This document shows, piece by piece, positions 7,829 to 16,065 of a stretch of DNA of 64,000 bases. Both the position numbers and the translations under genes were made by a program. Numbering within the stretch: position 1 is the stretch's first letter; each line of letters begins with the position of its first letter. The notes under the pieces were generated by a model. It was given only the letters and a program-made list of their open reading frames with translations. It searched no databases and had not been told where the DNA came from. The DNA is from Acidimicrobiales bacterium. GTDB lineage: Bacteria > Actinomycetota > Acidimicrobiia > Acidimicrobiales > Bin134. The DNA lies in contig OZ220474.1 in assembly GCA_965115985.1 (NCBI GenBank), positions 2,396,909 through 2,460,908 of the forward strand, read 5' to 3'.

Positions 7829-8991
7829 AGGATGAGCGCGCTGGTGGGGACGGCGGTGCCTGCGGTGGCCAGCACGTTCTGCACGTTGTCGATCTGGTTC
7901 ACCGAGGTGCCCCGGATCTGCCGCACGCCCTCGGCGATGCCGTTTAGACCGTGGATGTAGGCTTCCCCGAGCTGCCCGCCGTTGGTGTTGATGGGTAGGC
8001 GGCCGTCCCGCTCCAGATGGCCGTCGCGGATGAAGTCCTTGGCCTCGCCCCGAGCGCAGAAGCCGAACTCCTCCAGTTGGGGAAGTACCAGTGGGGTGAA
8101 GTGGTCGTAGATTATGGCGGTCCGGACGTCATCGGCCGACAGGCCGCTGGACCGGTAGAGCTGGCGGGCGCACAACCCCATCTCGGGGATGCCGGTGATG
8201 CTGTCCCGGTAGTAGCTCCTCATCATGTGCTGGTCCTCGGCCGCGCCCTGCGCGGCGGCGGCGACCACGGCCGGCTTCTGCTTCAGGTCCCGGGCCCGCT
8301 CGGCCGAGGTCACCAGCAGGGCCTGGGCCCCGTCGGTCTCCTGGCAGCAGTCCAGCAGGTGCAGCGGCTCCACGATCCAGCGGCTGTTCTGGTGGTCCTC
8401 CAGGGTGATGGGCCGCTGGTAGAAGTGGGCGTGGGGGTTGGTGGCCGCGAACGACCGGTCCACCACCGACACCCGGCCGAAGTCCTCGGAGGTGGCTCCG
8501 TACTCGTGCATGTAGCGGGTGGCGAACATCGCCACCCAGGAGGCCGGGGTGACCAGCCCGAACGGCGAGCTCCACGAGAAGCTGACCTCGGCGGCTTCGG
8601 CCCCGGCGGGCCGATCCTGCACCCCGGTACCGAACCGATGCCAGGAGCGCTCGTTGAAGGCCCGGTAGCACAGCACGTAGTCGGCTGCCCCGGAGTAGAC
8701 GGCCTGACAGGCCAGGGCGACCACCCCGCAGGCCGCCCCGCCCCCATGATGGACCATGGAGAAGTGGGTCAGCTCCTCGACGCCCAGGTTGCGGGCCAAC
8801 TCTATTTCGGGATTCTGCTCGGCCGAGTAGGTCACCATGCCGTTGACCTTCTCCGGGGGGAGGCCGGCGTCCTCGCAGGCGGCCAGGCAGGCTTCCACCG
8901 CCTGGGCCATGGGGGTGCGGCCCGATTCCTTGGTGAACCGGGTGGCTCCGATGCCGGCGATGGCGCAGTGGTAGGCGTATTTCAGGGTCAT
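7813..8991 (-). CDS. Thiolase-fold protein, SCP-x/lipid-transfer (Ltp)-type
   Basis: 392 aa. MTLKYAYHCAIAGIGATRFTKESGR... is typical of non-canonical thiolases that pair with DUF35 proteins. Confidence 0.8.
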   Translation of the reverse strand: MTLKYAYHCAIAGIGATRFTKESGRTPMAQAVEACLAACEDAGLPPEKVNGMVTYSAEQNPEIELARNLGVEELTHFSMVHHGGGAACGVVALACQAVYSGAADYVLCYRAFNERSWHRFGTGVQDRPAGAEAAEVSFSWSSPFGLVTPASWVAMFATRYMHEYGATSEDFGRVSVVDRSFAATNPHAHFYQRPITLEDHQNSRWIVEPLHLLDCCQETDGAQALLVTSAERARDLKQKPAVVAAAAQGAAEDQHMMRSYYRDSITGIPEMGLCARQLYRSSGLSADDVRTAIIYDHFTPLVLPQLEEFGFCARGEAKDFIRDGHLERDGRLPINTNGGQLGEAYIHGLNGIAEGVRQIRGTSVNQIDNVQNVLATAGTAVPTSALILSQPR

Positions 8992-10445
8992 GGCGTTCTC
9001 CTACGACCGGGGAGGACCAGTTCGGCCGTTCCGGTCACGTGCGGTCCTCGGCTGTTCAGGCCCTGGAAGGAGACCTCGGCGGTTCCCACTCCATCGACCT
9101 CCTGCTTGGCGGTTACCGACCCCGACAGGGTCATGCAGTCGTAGGGATAGTTGGGGGCACCGAGGCGGATCCTCAGGTTCTTGAGGATGGCGTCGGGACC
9201 GGCCCAGTCACCGATGTAGCGGGCCGAGAGGCCGCTGGACGTCAGGATGTTCATGAATATGTCCTCGGACCCCTTGCGGATCGCCATGTCCCGGTCGTGG
9301 TGGACGTCCTGATAATCGCGTGACGCAATGGCGGTGGACACGATCAACGTGGGGGTGAGCGGGATCGGGCACAGCGGCAGCTCGTCACCCACGTTCACCT
9401 CGTCGAGGGTGAGGGTGGTCGGATTGCGGGGGATCCGGGCGGGCCGGAACATCGGCAGGCTCACGTCCTCGTGGGTCGGCATGTGCCAGACCTCGAGGGG
9501 CATGCCCACCTTGAGCTGTTCCGATCGGCAGTCGGTAATGTTGGTGACCAGGCGGACACCCTCCTCCAGCTCGACCAGTCCGATGTTCAGCGGGTAGTCG
9601 AACGAGGGGACCCGGGGGTGGTGGGCCACCACGTAGGAATAGAGAGTGCCCCTACCGGAGACCACGCGGTACCCCATGGAGGTGGCCCCGCAGGCCGGGC
9701 AGCGGTTACCGGGCGGGTGCTGGAGATACCCGCACTCCCGGCACTGCTGGATTCGCAGCTCACCGACCCGGCTGCCCTCCCAGAAGAAGTCGGTATCCTG
9801 GTTGCGACCGGGGCGGGGGCGCGGCGGCCGCTCGCCGGTGTCGTTGCTGGTGCTACTGCTGCTGGTGCCGCTTTTTCCACTGGTGCTGCCGGCGGTGGCG
9901 CTGCTGCGTCCCGTGCCGGGGCGGAACTTGAGGATGCGGAAGAACATGGATCCGACGTGGCCGCCGTGCTGGTCGTGGTACTCGGCCTCGGTGGTCACGA
10001 AGTGGCCGATGCCCAGGGCGGTTTGCTTCTCGTCCGAGACCTCCACCAGCTTCACGGTTCCGGTGAGGTGGTCGCCGAGCCGGAGATAGCGGTGGTAGAC
10101 GTGCTCGGAGTTGGTGGCCACCACGCCGACGTATCCGGCTTGGTCCAGCATGGCGTACACCCCCGAGGCGGGATCCTGGGGGTCGTCCTCCCGGGGGACC
10201 AGCCCGATCATGGTCCAGGCGTTGAGCATGGCCGGAGGGGCGGTGATCTCCCCGTGGGGGCCCTGGCGAGCGGCGTCGGGATCGGTGTATAGGGGGTTGG
10301 CGTCGTCCATGGCGTCGCACCAGTGGTGGATCATGGGTTGGTTGACCGGATCACGAGCAGTGGTCGGGGTGCCGGTGCGGCCGACCTGTCGACGCAGCTC
10401 GGCTACGAACGCCTCCTTCTGCTCGTCGGTCATCCCATCGCTCAT
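8988..10445 (-). CDS. MaoC_N hotdog - DUF35 (Zn-ribbon/OB) - MaoC hotdog fusion protein
   Basis: CRECGYLQHPPGNRCPACG ribbon plus OB segment sits between two hotdog-like halves. ATG 10445 is preceded by GGGGGGAG. The track start 10577 lies inside the upstream repeat array. Confidence 0.7.
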   Translation of the reverse strand: MSDGMTDEQKEAFVAELRRQVGRTGTPTTARDPVNQPMIHHWCDAMDDANPLYTDPDAARQGPHGEITAPPAMLNAWTMIGLVPREDDPQDPASGVYAMLDQAGYVGVVATNSEHVYHRYLRLGDHLTGTVKLVEVSDEKQTALGIGHFVTTEAEYHDQHGGHVGSMFFRILKFRPGTGRSSATAGSTSGKSGTSSSSTSNDTGERPPRPRPGRNQDTDFFWEGSRVGELRIQQCRECGYLQHPPGNRCPACGATSMGYRVVSGRGTLYSYVVAHHPRVPSFDYPLNIGLVELEEGVRLVTNITDCRSEQLKVGMPLEVWHMPTHEDVSLPMFRPARIPRNPTTLTLDEVNVGDELPLCPIPLTPTLIVSTAIASRDYQDVHHDRDMAIRKGSEDIFMNILTSSGLSARYIGDWAGPDAILKNLRIRLGAPNYPYDCMTLSGSVTAKQEVDGVGTAEVSFQGLNSRGPHVTGTAELVLPGRRRTP

Positions 10446-10491
10446 GCTCCCCCCTTTGCTGCCGCGCACGTTAGCGCGGCCGGCACTGGGG

Positions 10492-10742
10492 GGTGGAAAG
10501 TGAGGCGCATCGGTCATCTTCTGGGGGGTTGTCTTGGTCAGCGCGACTGGCATTGCGGGGTGGAAAGTGAGGCGCATCGGTCATCTTCTGGGGGGTTGTC
10601 TCGGTCAGCGCGACTGGCATTGCGGGCAGAAGGTGAGAGTGCGGGCATCGGTCATCTTCTGGGGGGTTGTCTCGGTCAGCGCGACTGGCATTGCGGGCAG
10701 AAGGTGAGAGTGCGGGCATCGTAGGTGCGGTGTTGGAGCGGG
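10492..10742. repeat. 67/71-bp tandem repeat x3.7 copying the 3' end and stop of fpg
   Basis: ...tcagcgcgactggcattgcgg... recurs with unit starts at 10492, 10559, 10626 and 10697. The real stop is at 10676-10678. Confidence 0.9.
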
Positions 10743-11488
10743 GTGGCGCAGCGCAGGCACGGTTGGCCGGAGCGGCCGTAGCAGGCCAGGGCGTTTTGGT
10801 GGTTTCCCCGGCCGCCGTCGGCGTCGCGGTAGTCCCGAAGCGTGGTGCCACCGTTGGCCAGCCCGGCTTCCAGAACCTGGACGAGGGCGGTGTGGAGCTT
10901 CGTGGCCGCGCCCCGGCTGATCCGGCGCTCGGCCGGGTGAATCCCGGCCATCCACAGGGCCTCGGTGGCGTAGATGTTGCCGACACCGGCCACCGGCTTC
11001 TGGCTCAACAACTGGGTGGGGATGCGTCGGCGGCTCCGGCGCAGGGCCTGATGGAGGCTCTCGGTGGTGAACTCGGGGCTGAGAGCGTCCGGGCCTTGAG
11101 CAGCCAACGTGGGGATGGTGTCGTACTGGCCCTCGGGCACGCACCGGATCCGACCGAAGCGGCGGACGTCCCGGAAGACCAGTCGCTCGTCGTGATCGAG
11201 TTGCCACCATGCCCGGATGTGGGGATCCTCGGTGCTGTCGGTGCTGTCGGCGGTGCTGACCATGAGCGAGCCGGTCATGCCCAGGTGGACGATGAGTTCC
11301 CGTCCGTCGTCCAGGGGGGCGATCAGGTACTTGCCTCGGCGGTTGACGTCCTGGATCGTGGTACCGACGGCGGCCCGGGCCGGGGTGAACTTGTCCGAGG
11401 GATGGCTGTGGGCGGCCCGGATGCGCCGTCCTCGAAGTCGGGGCACCAGTTGCCGGCGGATCGTCTCCACCTCGGGTAGTTCGGGCAC
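10676..11488 (-). CDS. mutM: Formamidopyrimidine-DNA glycosylase (Fpg/MutM)
   Basis: GTG 11488 is followed by PELPEVETIRRQL. The C-terminal zinc finger is CLRC...CPQC. 270 aa. Confidence 0.9.
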   Translation of the reverse strand: MPELPEVETIRRQLVPRLRGRRIRAAHSHPSDKFTPARAAVGTTIQDVNRRGKYLIAPLDDGRELIVHLGMTGSLMVSTADSTDSTEDPHIRAWWQLDHDERLVFRDVRRFGRIRCVPEGQYDTIPTLAAQGPDALSPEFTTESLHQALRRSRRRIPTQLLSQKPVAGVGNIYATEALWMAGIHPAERRISRGAATKLHTALVQVLEAGLANGGTTLRDYRDADGGRGNHQNALACYGRSGQPCLRCATPLQHRTYDARTLTFCPQCQSR

Positions 11489-11508
11489 CGACCCGATTGT
11501 CGCACGGA

Positions 11509-11747
11509 TGCACGGGTGGGGCTTATTGGCGGGAACCGAGGAGGTCGGTGGTGACGCGGTGCAGGAGCGGGGTTTATCGGCGGGAACCGAGGAGGTCGGT
11601 GGTGACGCGGTGCAGGAGCGGGGTTTATCGGCGGGAACCGAGGAGGTCGGTGGTGACGCGGTGCAGGAGCGGGGTTTATCGGCGGGAACCGAGGAGGTCG
11701 GTGGTGACGCGGTGCAGGAGCGGGGTTTATCGGCGGGAACCGAGGAG
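11509..11747. repeat. 51-bp tandem repeat x4.6 copying the 3' end and TAA stop of the nucleotidyltransferase gene
   Basis: ttatcggcgggaaccgaggag... occurs at 11523 (variant), 11574, 11625, 11676 and 11727 (native). Confidence 0.95.
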
Positions 11748-12533
11748 GGTGCGGGCAATCTCCAGGTCCTCGGGGTTGGTGATCCCGATCCAGGATTCGT
11801 CGGTGGTGACGACCCGGACGGTGAGGGCCCCGGCCTCCATTCGGGCCGCGACGGCCCGGGGGAGGAGGTACTCGGCGGTGGGACTGTGGCGGTTCTCCTC
11901 GAGGAAGCGGGCGAAGCCGTCCCGCAGGCTGTTCATGAACCCGGGGGGGAAGGCCCACAGGTTCATGGACACCAGGGTGTCGGCGGGAAAATCGTTGCCG
12001 GCTCGAGATATCCCCTCCTGTTCGGTGATGCCGGTGAGACGATCACCGTCCACGCGGCACACGCCCCGGGTCACCGAGCCCTCGGCCGGCAGGGTGCGGT
12101 CGAGGTGGTAGCCGCACAACCAGGCCTCGTTGTCGGCCATTGTTCTCATGGCTCGGGCCAGGGCGGTGTACGCGGTGGGGCCGTAGTAATCGTCGGCGTT
12201 GCCCACCATGAACGGGCCGGTCACCGCCCCGGCGGCCGACAGCACGGCGTGGGCCGTGCCCCATGGCTTCGGGCGGGGAGGGCCGTGCTCGTCCTGGCGC
12301 ACGAAGGTCACCTCCAGATCGGCGGGTAGTCCGCCGCGAGCCTCGAAGTGTCGGTTCACGTCGGCCTCGATGTCGCTTCGCACGATGAGCACCACTCGGT
12401 CGGCCCCCGCGGCCCGGGCATCGGTAATGGCGAAGTCCAAAAAGGCCTCGCCCCGGGGTCCCACCCGGGCGAGTTGCTTGGTCCCGCCGAAACGCGACCC
12501 CAGCCCCGCGGCCATCACTATGAAAGTGAACAT
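11727..12533 (-). CDS. Nucleotidyltransferase-family protein (sugar-phosphate NTP-transferase fold)
   Basis: N-terminal MAAGLGSRFGG..K signature. 268 aa. Confidence 0.75.
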   Translation of the reverse strand: MFTFIVMAAGLGSRFGGTKQLARVGPRGEAFLDFAITDARAAGADRVVLIVRSDIEADVNRHFEARGGLPADLEVTFVRQDEHGPPRPKPWGTAHAVLSAAGAVTGPFMVGNADDYYGPTAYTALARAMRTMADNEAWLCGYHLDRTLPAEGSVTRGVCRVDGDRLTGITEQEGISRAGNDFPADTLVSMNLWAFPPGFMNSLRDGFARFLEENRHSPTAEYLLPRAVAARMEAGALTVRVVTTDESWIGITNPEDLEIARTLLGSRR

Positions 12534-12624
12534 TGTTCCAGTCTCCGGCGCAGGGTGGGCATGCAGAGGGGTTTGGCTACGGCCATCACTATGAAAGTGA
12601 ACATTGTTCCAGTCTCCGGCGCAC
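12511..12624. repeat. 71-bp-period duplication of the overlapping stop/start junction (43-nt core x2)
   Basis: gccatcactatgaaagtgaacattgttccagtctccggcgca occurs at 12511 and 12582. The upstream copy supplies the helicase TAG (12589-91) and the downstream copy supplies ATG 12533. Confidence 0.9.
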
Positions 12625-15600
12625 TTCCTGTCGGGCCGAGGCCAGGTCGTCGTCGGTGATGGCGACCTCCTCGGCCGGTTGGCCCTTGCGGGCGAACACC
12701 AGCATGCCGCGGGCCACCGGCTCGTCCACCACTTGCTCGACCATCAGGCAGTAGGCGGCCACCTGGAGCTTGTAGCGGTCGATCTTGGCTCGTCGGGCCT
12801 CGTCGTCGTGGATGTCGTCGGTCTTGAAGTCCACCACCACCAATCCGTTGTCGGAACGGTAGAGCAGATCGATGTAGCCCTCCACCACCCTCCCTTCCAC
12901 CGGGGCGGCCACGAACAGCTCCTTCCAGTGATCGGCGACGGCGGCCTCCTTGACGGTGCCCGACCTCAGAACGGATTCGGCCAGTGAGCGCACGGTCCGG
13001 ACGTCCCCGGGGATGCCCTCGGTCTCGGCTTGGGTCTCTGCCACCGGCAAAAGGCCGGCGGGGTCGACGTCCAACCCCACGGTTTGCAGCACGCCGTGGA
13101 CCGCTCGGCCCACCTTCGTACCACCCCGACCCCTGGACCCCGAGGATCGCCGATCGTCGTCGCCGGGTTCGTCCTGGTCGAGGTCGAGGTGGTCGAGTCC
13201 GACCATCGCTGTAATCACCCGCGGGGAGTCCTGGTCGACGTCGGGGTCGTCGGGGCGGTGGTCCTGGCTACCGAGCAGGTGGGCGTCCTGGTCGAGGTCG
13301 AGGTGGTCGGGATCGTCGGGGGCAGCGACAGGTACGACTCCTCCGGTCTCGGCCTCGGCTCGGGCAATTGCCGAGGGGCTGGTGGCGGATGCCTTCCTGG
13401 CACGATCCAGGGCAGCCTCTCGCTCGCTCTCCCAGTCGGGCTTGAACTTGGCGGAGGATTGCTGGGAATGCAGGCGGCCGAACCACAGCTCTGCTGGGGG
13501 AAGCTCGGCTGCGTGGTCCGCCACCATGTCGGCCATGGAGGGGCCGCCGCGTCCGCTCTCGCTTCTCTCCAGACGATGGGTGGATACCACCAGGTGGTCC
13601 CGAGCCCGGGTGAGGGCCACGTACAGCAGGCGTATCTGCTCGGCGCTCCCCATGGTCTTCTCATGCTCCTCGCACTGGTTGAATCCTTTGGTTCGCAATT
13701 TTTTGTTGAAACCGACCTCGAACCCGCCCTCGGGGGGCCACAGCACCGTGGGTGGGGTGGATCGTCCCTGGGCGTAGGTTCCCGACACTATGGCGATGGG
13801 AAACTCCCGGCCCTTGGCCGCATGGATGGTGGTTATGCGAACCGCGTCGTCATCGGTCTCCGACAGGATGGCATCGGGTTCCCGGGCTCGTTCGTCGATC
13901 TTGCGGTTGGCCCAGGCGACGAACTCCCTCAGCCCCCGTCCGCCGGATTCCTCGAACCGGCGGGCCTGGTCGATCAACAGGCCGAGGCTGTGCCACACGT
14001 CTCGGGATCTGCGGGGGCCGAAGCAGCTTGATTCCAGCAGTCGCCGTTCCCGCACGATTCGCTCGAGCAACTCGCTGGGATCCAGCCAACGCACCCGGGA
14101 GTGCAGGTCGGCCAGCCACGCCATGGCCTCGCCCACCGGGTGATCCTCGGGCAGTAGCGCGGGTCGTGGTGCCATGTAGCTCCATCGGCCCTCGTGGGTC
14201 ACCTTGAAGTCGAACAGGTCGTCGTCGCCGCAACCGAAGACCGGGGAGCGCAGGGCATTGACCAGGGACACCTCGTCGGTGGGGTCGGCCAAGGCTCGGA
14301 CCGTGGCCATCACCTCCCGGATGATCCTGCCGGTCCAGACGAGCGAACCGGCCTCGATGCGGTAGGGGATGTCGTGCTGCTCCAGCGCTTCCTCGAGTTG
14401 GGGCAGCGAGGTGCGGGTCGGCACCAGGATGCAGACGTCCTCCAGCTTGGCCGGTCGCCAGTGGTCCCGACCGTTCTCGTCCCGGCCGCTGCTCACCGAC
14501 CAGTGCCGGCCGATGGCGGTCAGCACGACCTGGGCCACCTCCCGAGCCTCGATCTCTCGTAGGGAACGAATGTTGGTTTTCGGGGGATGCTCGTGGCCGA
14601 GAACCGTCACCGGTGGTCCCATCGGTGGCCGTCCCCGAACCGAATCCAGGGCTTGGTAATCGGGTTGGACGTACAGCAGTTTCGGATTGCTGGGTGCGGT
14701 CATGAAACCGTCGAAGAGCGCGTTTATCCAGCCAATTATCGGTTCCACCGTGCGGAAATTGCGGGTGAGCGATTTGCGAACCGCGGTTCGGGATTGTCCC
14801 GCCCGGGCGAACAGAGCGATGTCCGCCCGACGGAATCGGTAGATGGACTGCTTGGGGTCGCCCACGTAGAACAGGTGACCGGGCTCGTCCTGCAATTCGG
14901 GCCAGTCCCGGGTGTCGTCGGGGGGCGCGGCGATCAGCTTGGCCAGCTCTATCTGGATGGGGTCGGTGTCCTGGAACTCGTCCAGCAGCAGTCGTTGGTA
15001 GCGCTGGGCCAGGGTCCGTCTCACTTCCTGGCCGTGCTCGGGGTGTCGCAGCAGGTTTCGGGTGAGAACCAGCAGGTCGTGGTATTCCAGCACCCCCTTG
15101 TGGGTGCGGTCCTCGGCTGCTTCGAGGGTGAACGCTCCCAGTACCAGGGTCAGCCGCCGGATCAGCCCATCGGCCACGCGGTTCCTCAGATCCTCGATGG
15201 CTCCACCCAGTTGGGCCAGACGGTCGGTCACCTCGCTCAAGGACGGCAACCCGCTGTCCTCGTCGGGCCAGTTGTTCTTCCTGCCCGCTCTGGTGAAGCT
15301 CAGCCCGGGCAAGAGCAGTATGCGGAGCATCTGTTCTCGGTCTGACCCTGCTTCGTGCAACAACTCGGCCCGCTCGCCGATCGTTCTCAGCTTGGGCAGC
15401 ATCTTGTCGGAGGGATCCCGACAGTAGGACTCCAGGGCGGCTATTTCGGTGAACCTCTCGGGCAGGGAAAGGCCGCGAATATCGGGAAGCTCGATCGGGC
15501 CGGTGGGAGGCGGGACTTCCCCCATTCGCTGGGCCACCAGGTCCCAATTGTTGTCCAGGAATTGGGACAAATCCCGAAGATGGCTCGACTTTATTTCCAG

Positions 15601-16065
15601 GGTTCGAGCCATGACCAGGGCATGCTCCTGATCGGGATCGCTCAGCAGTTTGCTCAGGTACTCCTCCCAACGGTCCTCGAACGTTTCGTTCGGGCTCACC
15701 TCGAGGTGGGGGGGTAGTCCGGCCTCGATGGCGTGCTGGGAAAGGATGCGGAGTGCGAACCCGTGGAGGGTGGTGATGGCTGCGCCGTCCAGATGGTCGA
15801 GGGCCTCGGAGTGTTCCCCCGAGGCGGAGAGCTGCCGGCGCAGGCGGTTCCTCAGTTCGGCGGCGGCCTTCTCGGTGAAGGTGATGGCCGCGATGTTCTC
15901 CATGGCCACCCCGGAGTCGAGCAGGGCCAGCACCCGGTTGATCAGCTCGGTGGTCTTGCCCGACCCGGCCCCGGCCTCCACGAACAAGGTGGAGTCCAGC
16001 TCGGTGGCGATGGCTTCCCGGTCGGCCTGGTCGCGGGCGGTGTCGTCGGGGGGTGGCGAGGTCAT
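12589..16065 (-). CDS. UvrD-type helicase with C-terminal RecB-type nuclease (AdnB/AddA-like subunit)
   Basis: Walker A GAGSGKT, UvrD motifs, and a C-terminal GYIDLLYR...VVVDFKTD nuclease motif. It overlaps the upstream partner gene by 4 nt. Confidence 0.85.
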   Translation of the reverse strand: MTSPPPDDTARDQADREAIATELDSTLFVEAGAGSGKTTELINRVLALLDSGVAMENIAAITFTEKAAAELRNRLRRQLSASGEHSEALDHLDGAAITTLHGFALRILSQHAIEAGLPPHLEVSPNETFEDRWEEYLSKLLSDPDQEHALVMARTLEIKSSHLRDLSQFLDNNWDLVAQRMGEVPPPTGPIELPDIRGLSLPERFTEIAALESYCRDPSDKMLPKLRTIGERAELLHEAGSDREQMLRILLLPGLSFTRAGRKNNWPDEDSGLPSLSEVTDRLAQLGGAIEDLRNRVADGLIRRLTLVLGAFTLEAAEDRTHKGVLEYHDLLVLTRNLLRHPEHGQEVRRTLAQRYQRLLLDEFQDTDPIQIELAKLIAAPPDDTRDWPELQDEPGHLFYVGDPKQSIYRFRRADIALFARAGQSRTAVRKSLTRNFRTVEPIIGWINALFDGFMTAPSNPKLLYVQPDYQALDSVRGRPPMGPPVTVLGHEHPPKTNIRSLREIEAREVAQVVLTAIGRHWSVSSGRDENGRDHWRPAKLEDVCILVPTRTSLPQLEEALEQHDIPYRIEAGSLVWTGRIIREVMATVRALADPTDEVSLVNALRSPVFGCGDDDLFDFKVTHEGRWSYMAPRPALLPEDHPVGEAMAWLADLHSRVRWLDPSELLERIVRERRLLESSCFGPRRSRDVWHSLGLLIDQARRFEESGGRGLREFVAWANRKIDERAREPDAILSETDDDAVRITTIHAAKGREFPIAIVSGTYAQGRSTPPTVLWPPEGGFEVGFNKKLRTKGFNQCEEHEKTMGSAEQIRLLYVALTRARDHLVVSTHRLERSESGRGGPSMADMVADHAAELPPAELWFGRLHSQQSSAKFKPDWESEREAALDRARKASATSPSAIARAEAETGGVVPVAAPDDPDHLDLDQDAHLLGSQDHRPDDPDVDQDSPRVITAMVGLDHLDLDQDEPGDDDRRSSGSRGRGGTKVGRAVHGVLQTVGLDVDPAGLLPVAETQAETEGIPGDVRTVRSLAESVLRSGTVKEAAVADHWKELFVAAPVEGRVVEGYIDLLYRSDNGLVVVDFKTDDIHDDEARRAKIDRYKLQVAAYCLMVEQVVDEPVARGMLVFARKGQPAEEVAITDDDLASARQEVRRRLEQCSLS

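Noticed and set aside
10676-11758. 360-aa extended Fpg ORF
   Set aside because: Fpg requires its N-terminal proline as the nucleophile. The extension is simply the 51-bp repeat array read in frame. GTG 11488 before PELPEVE is the credible start.
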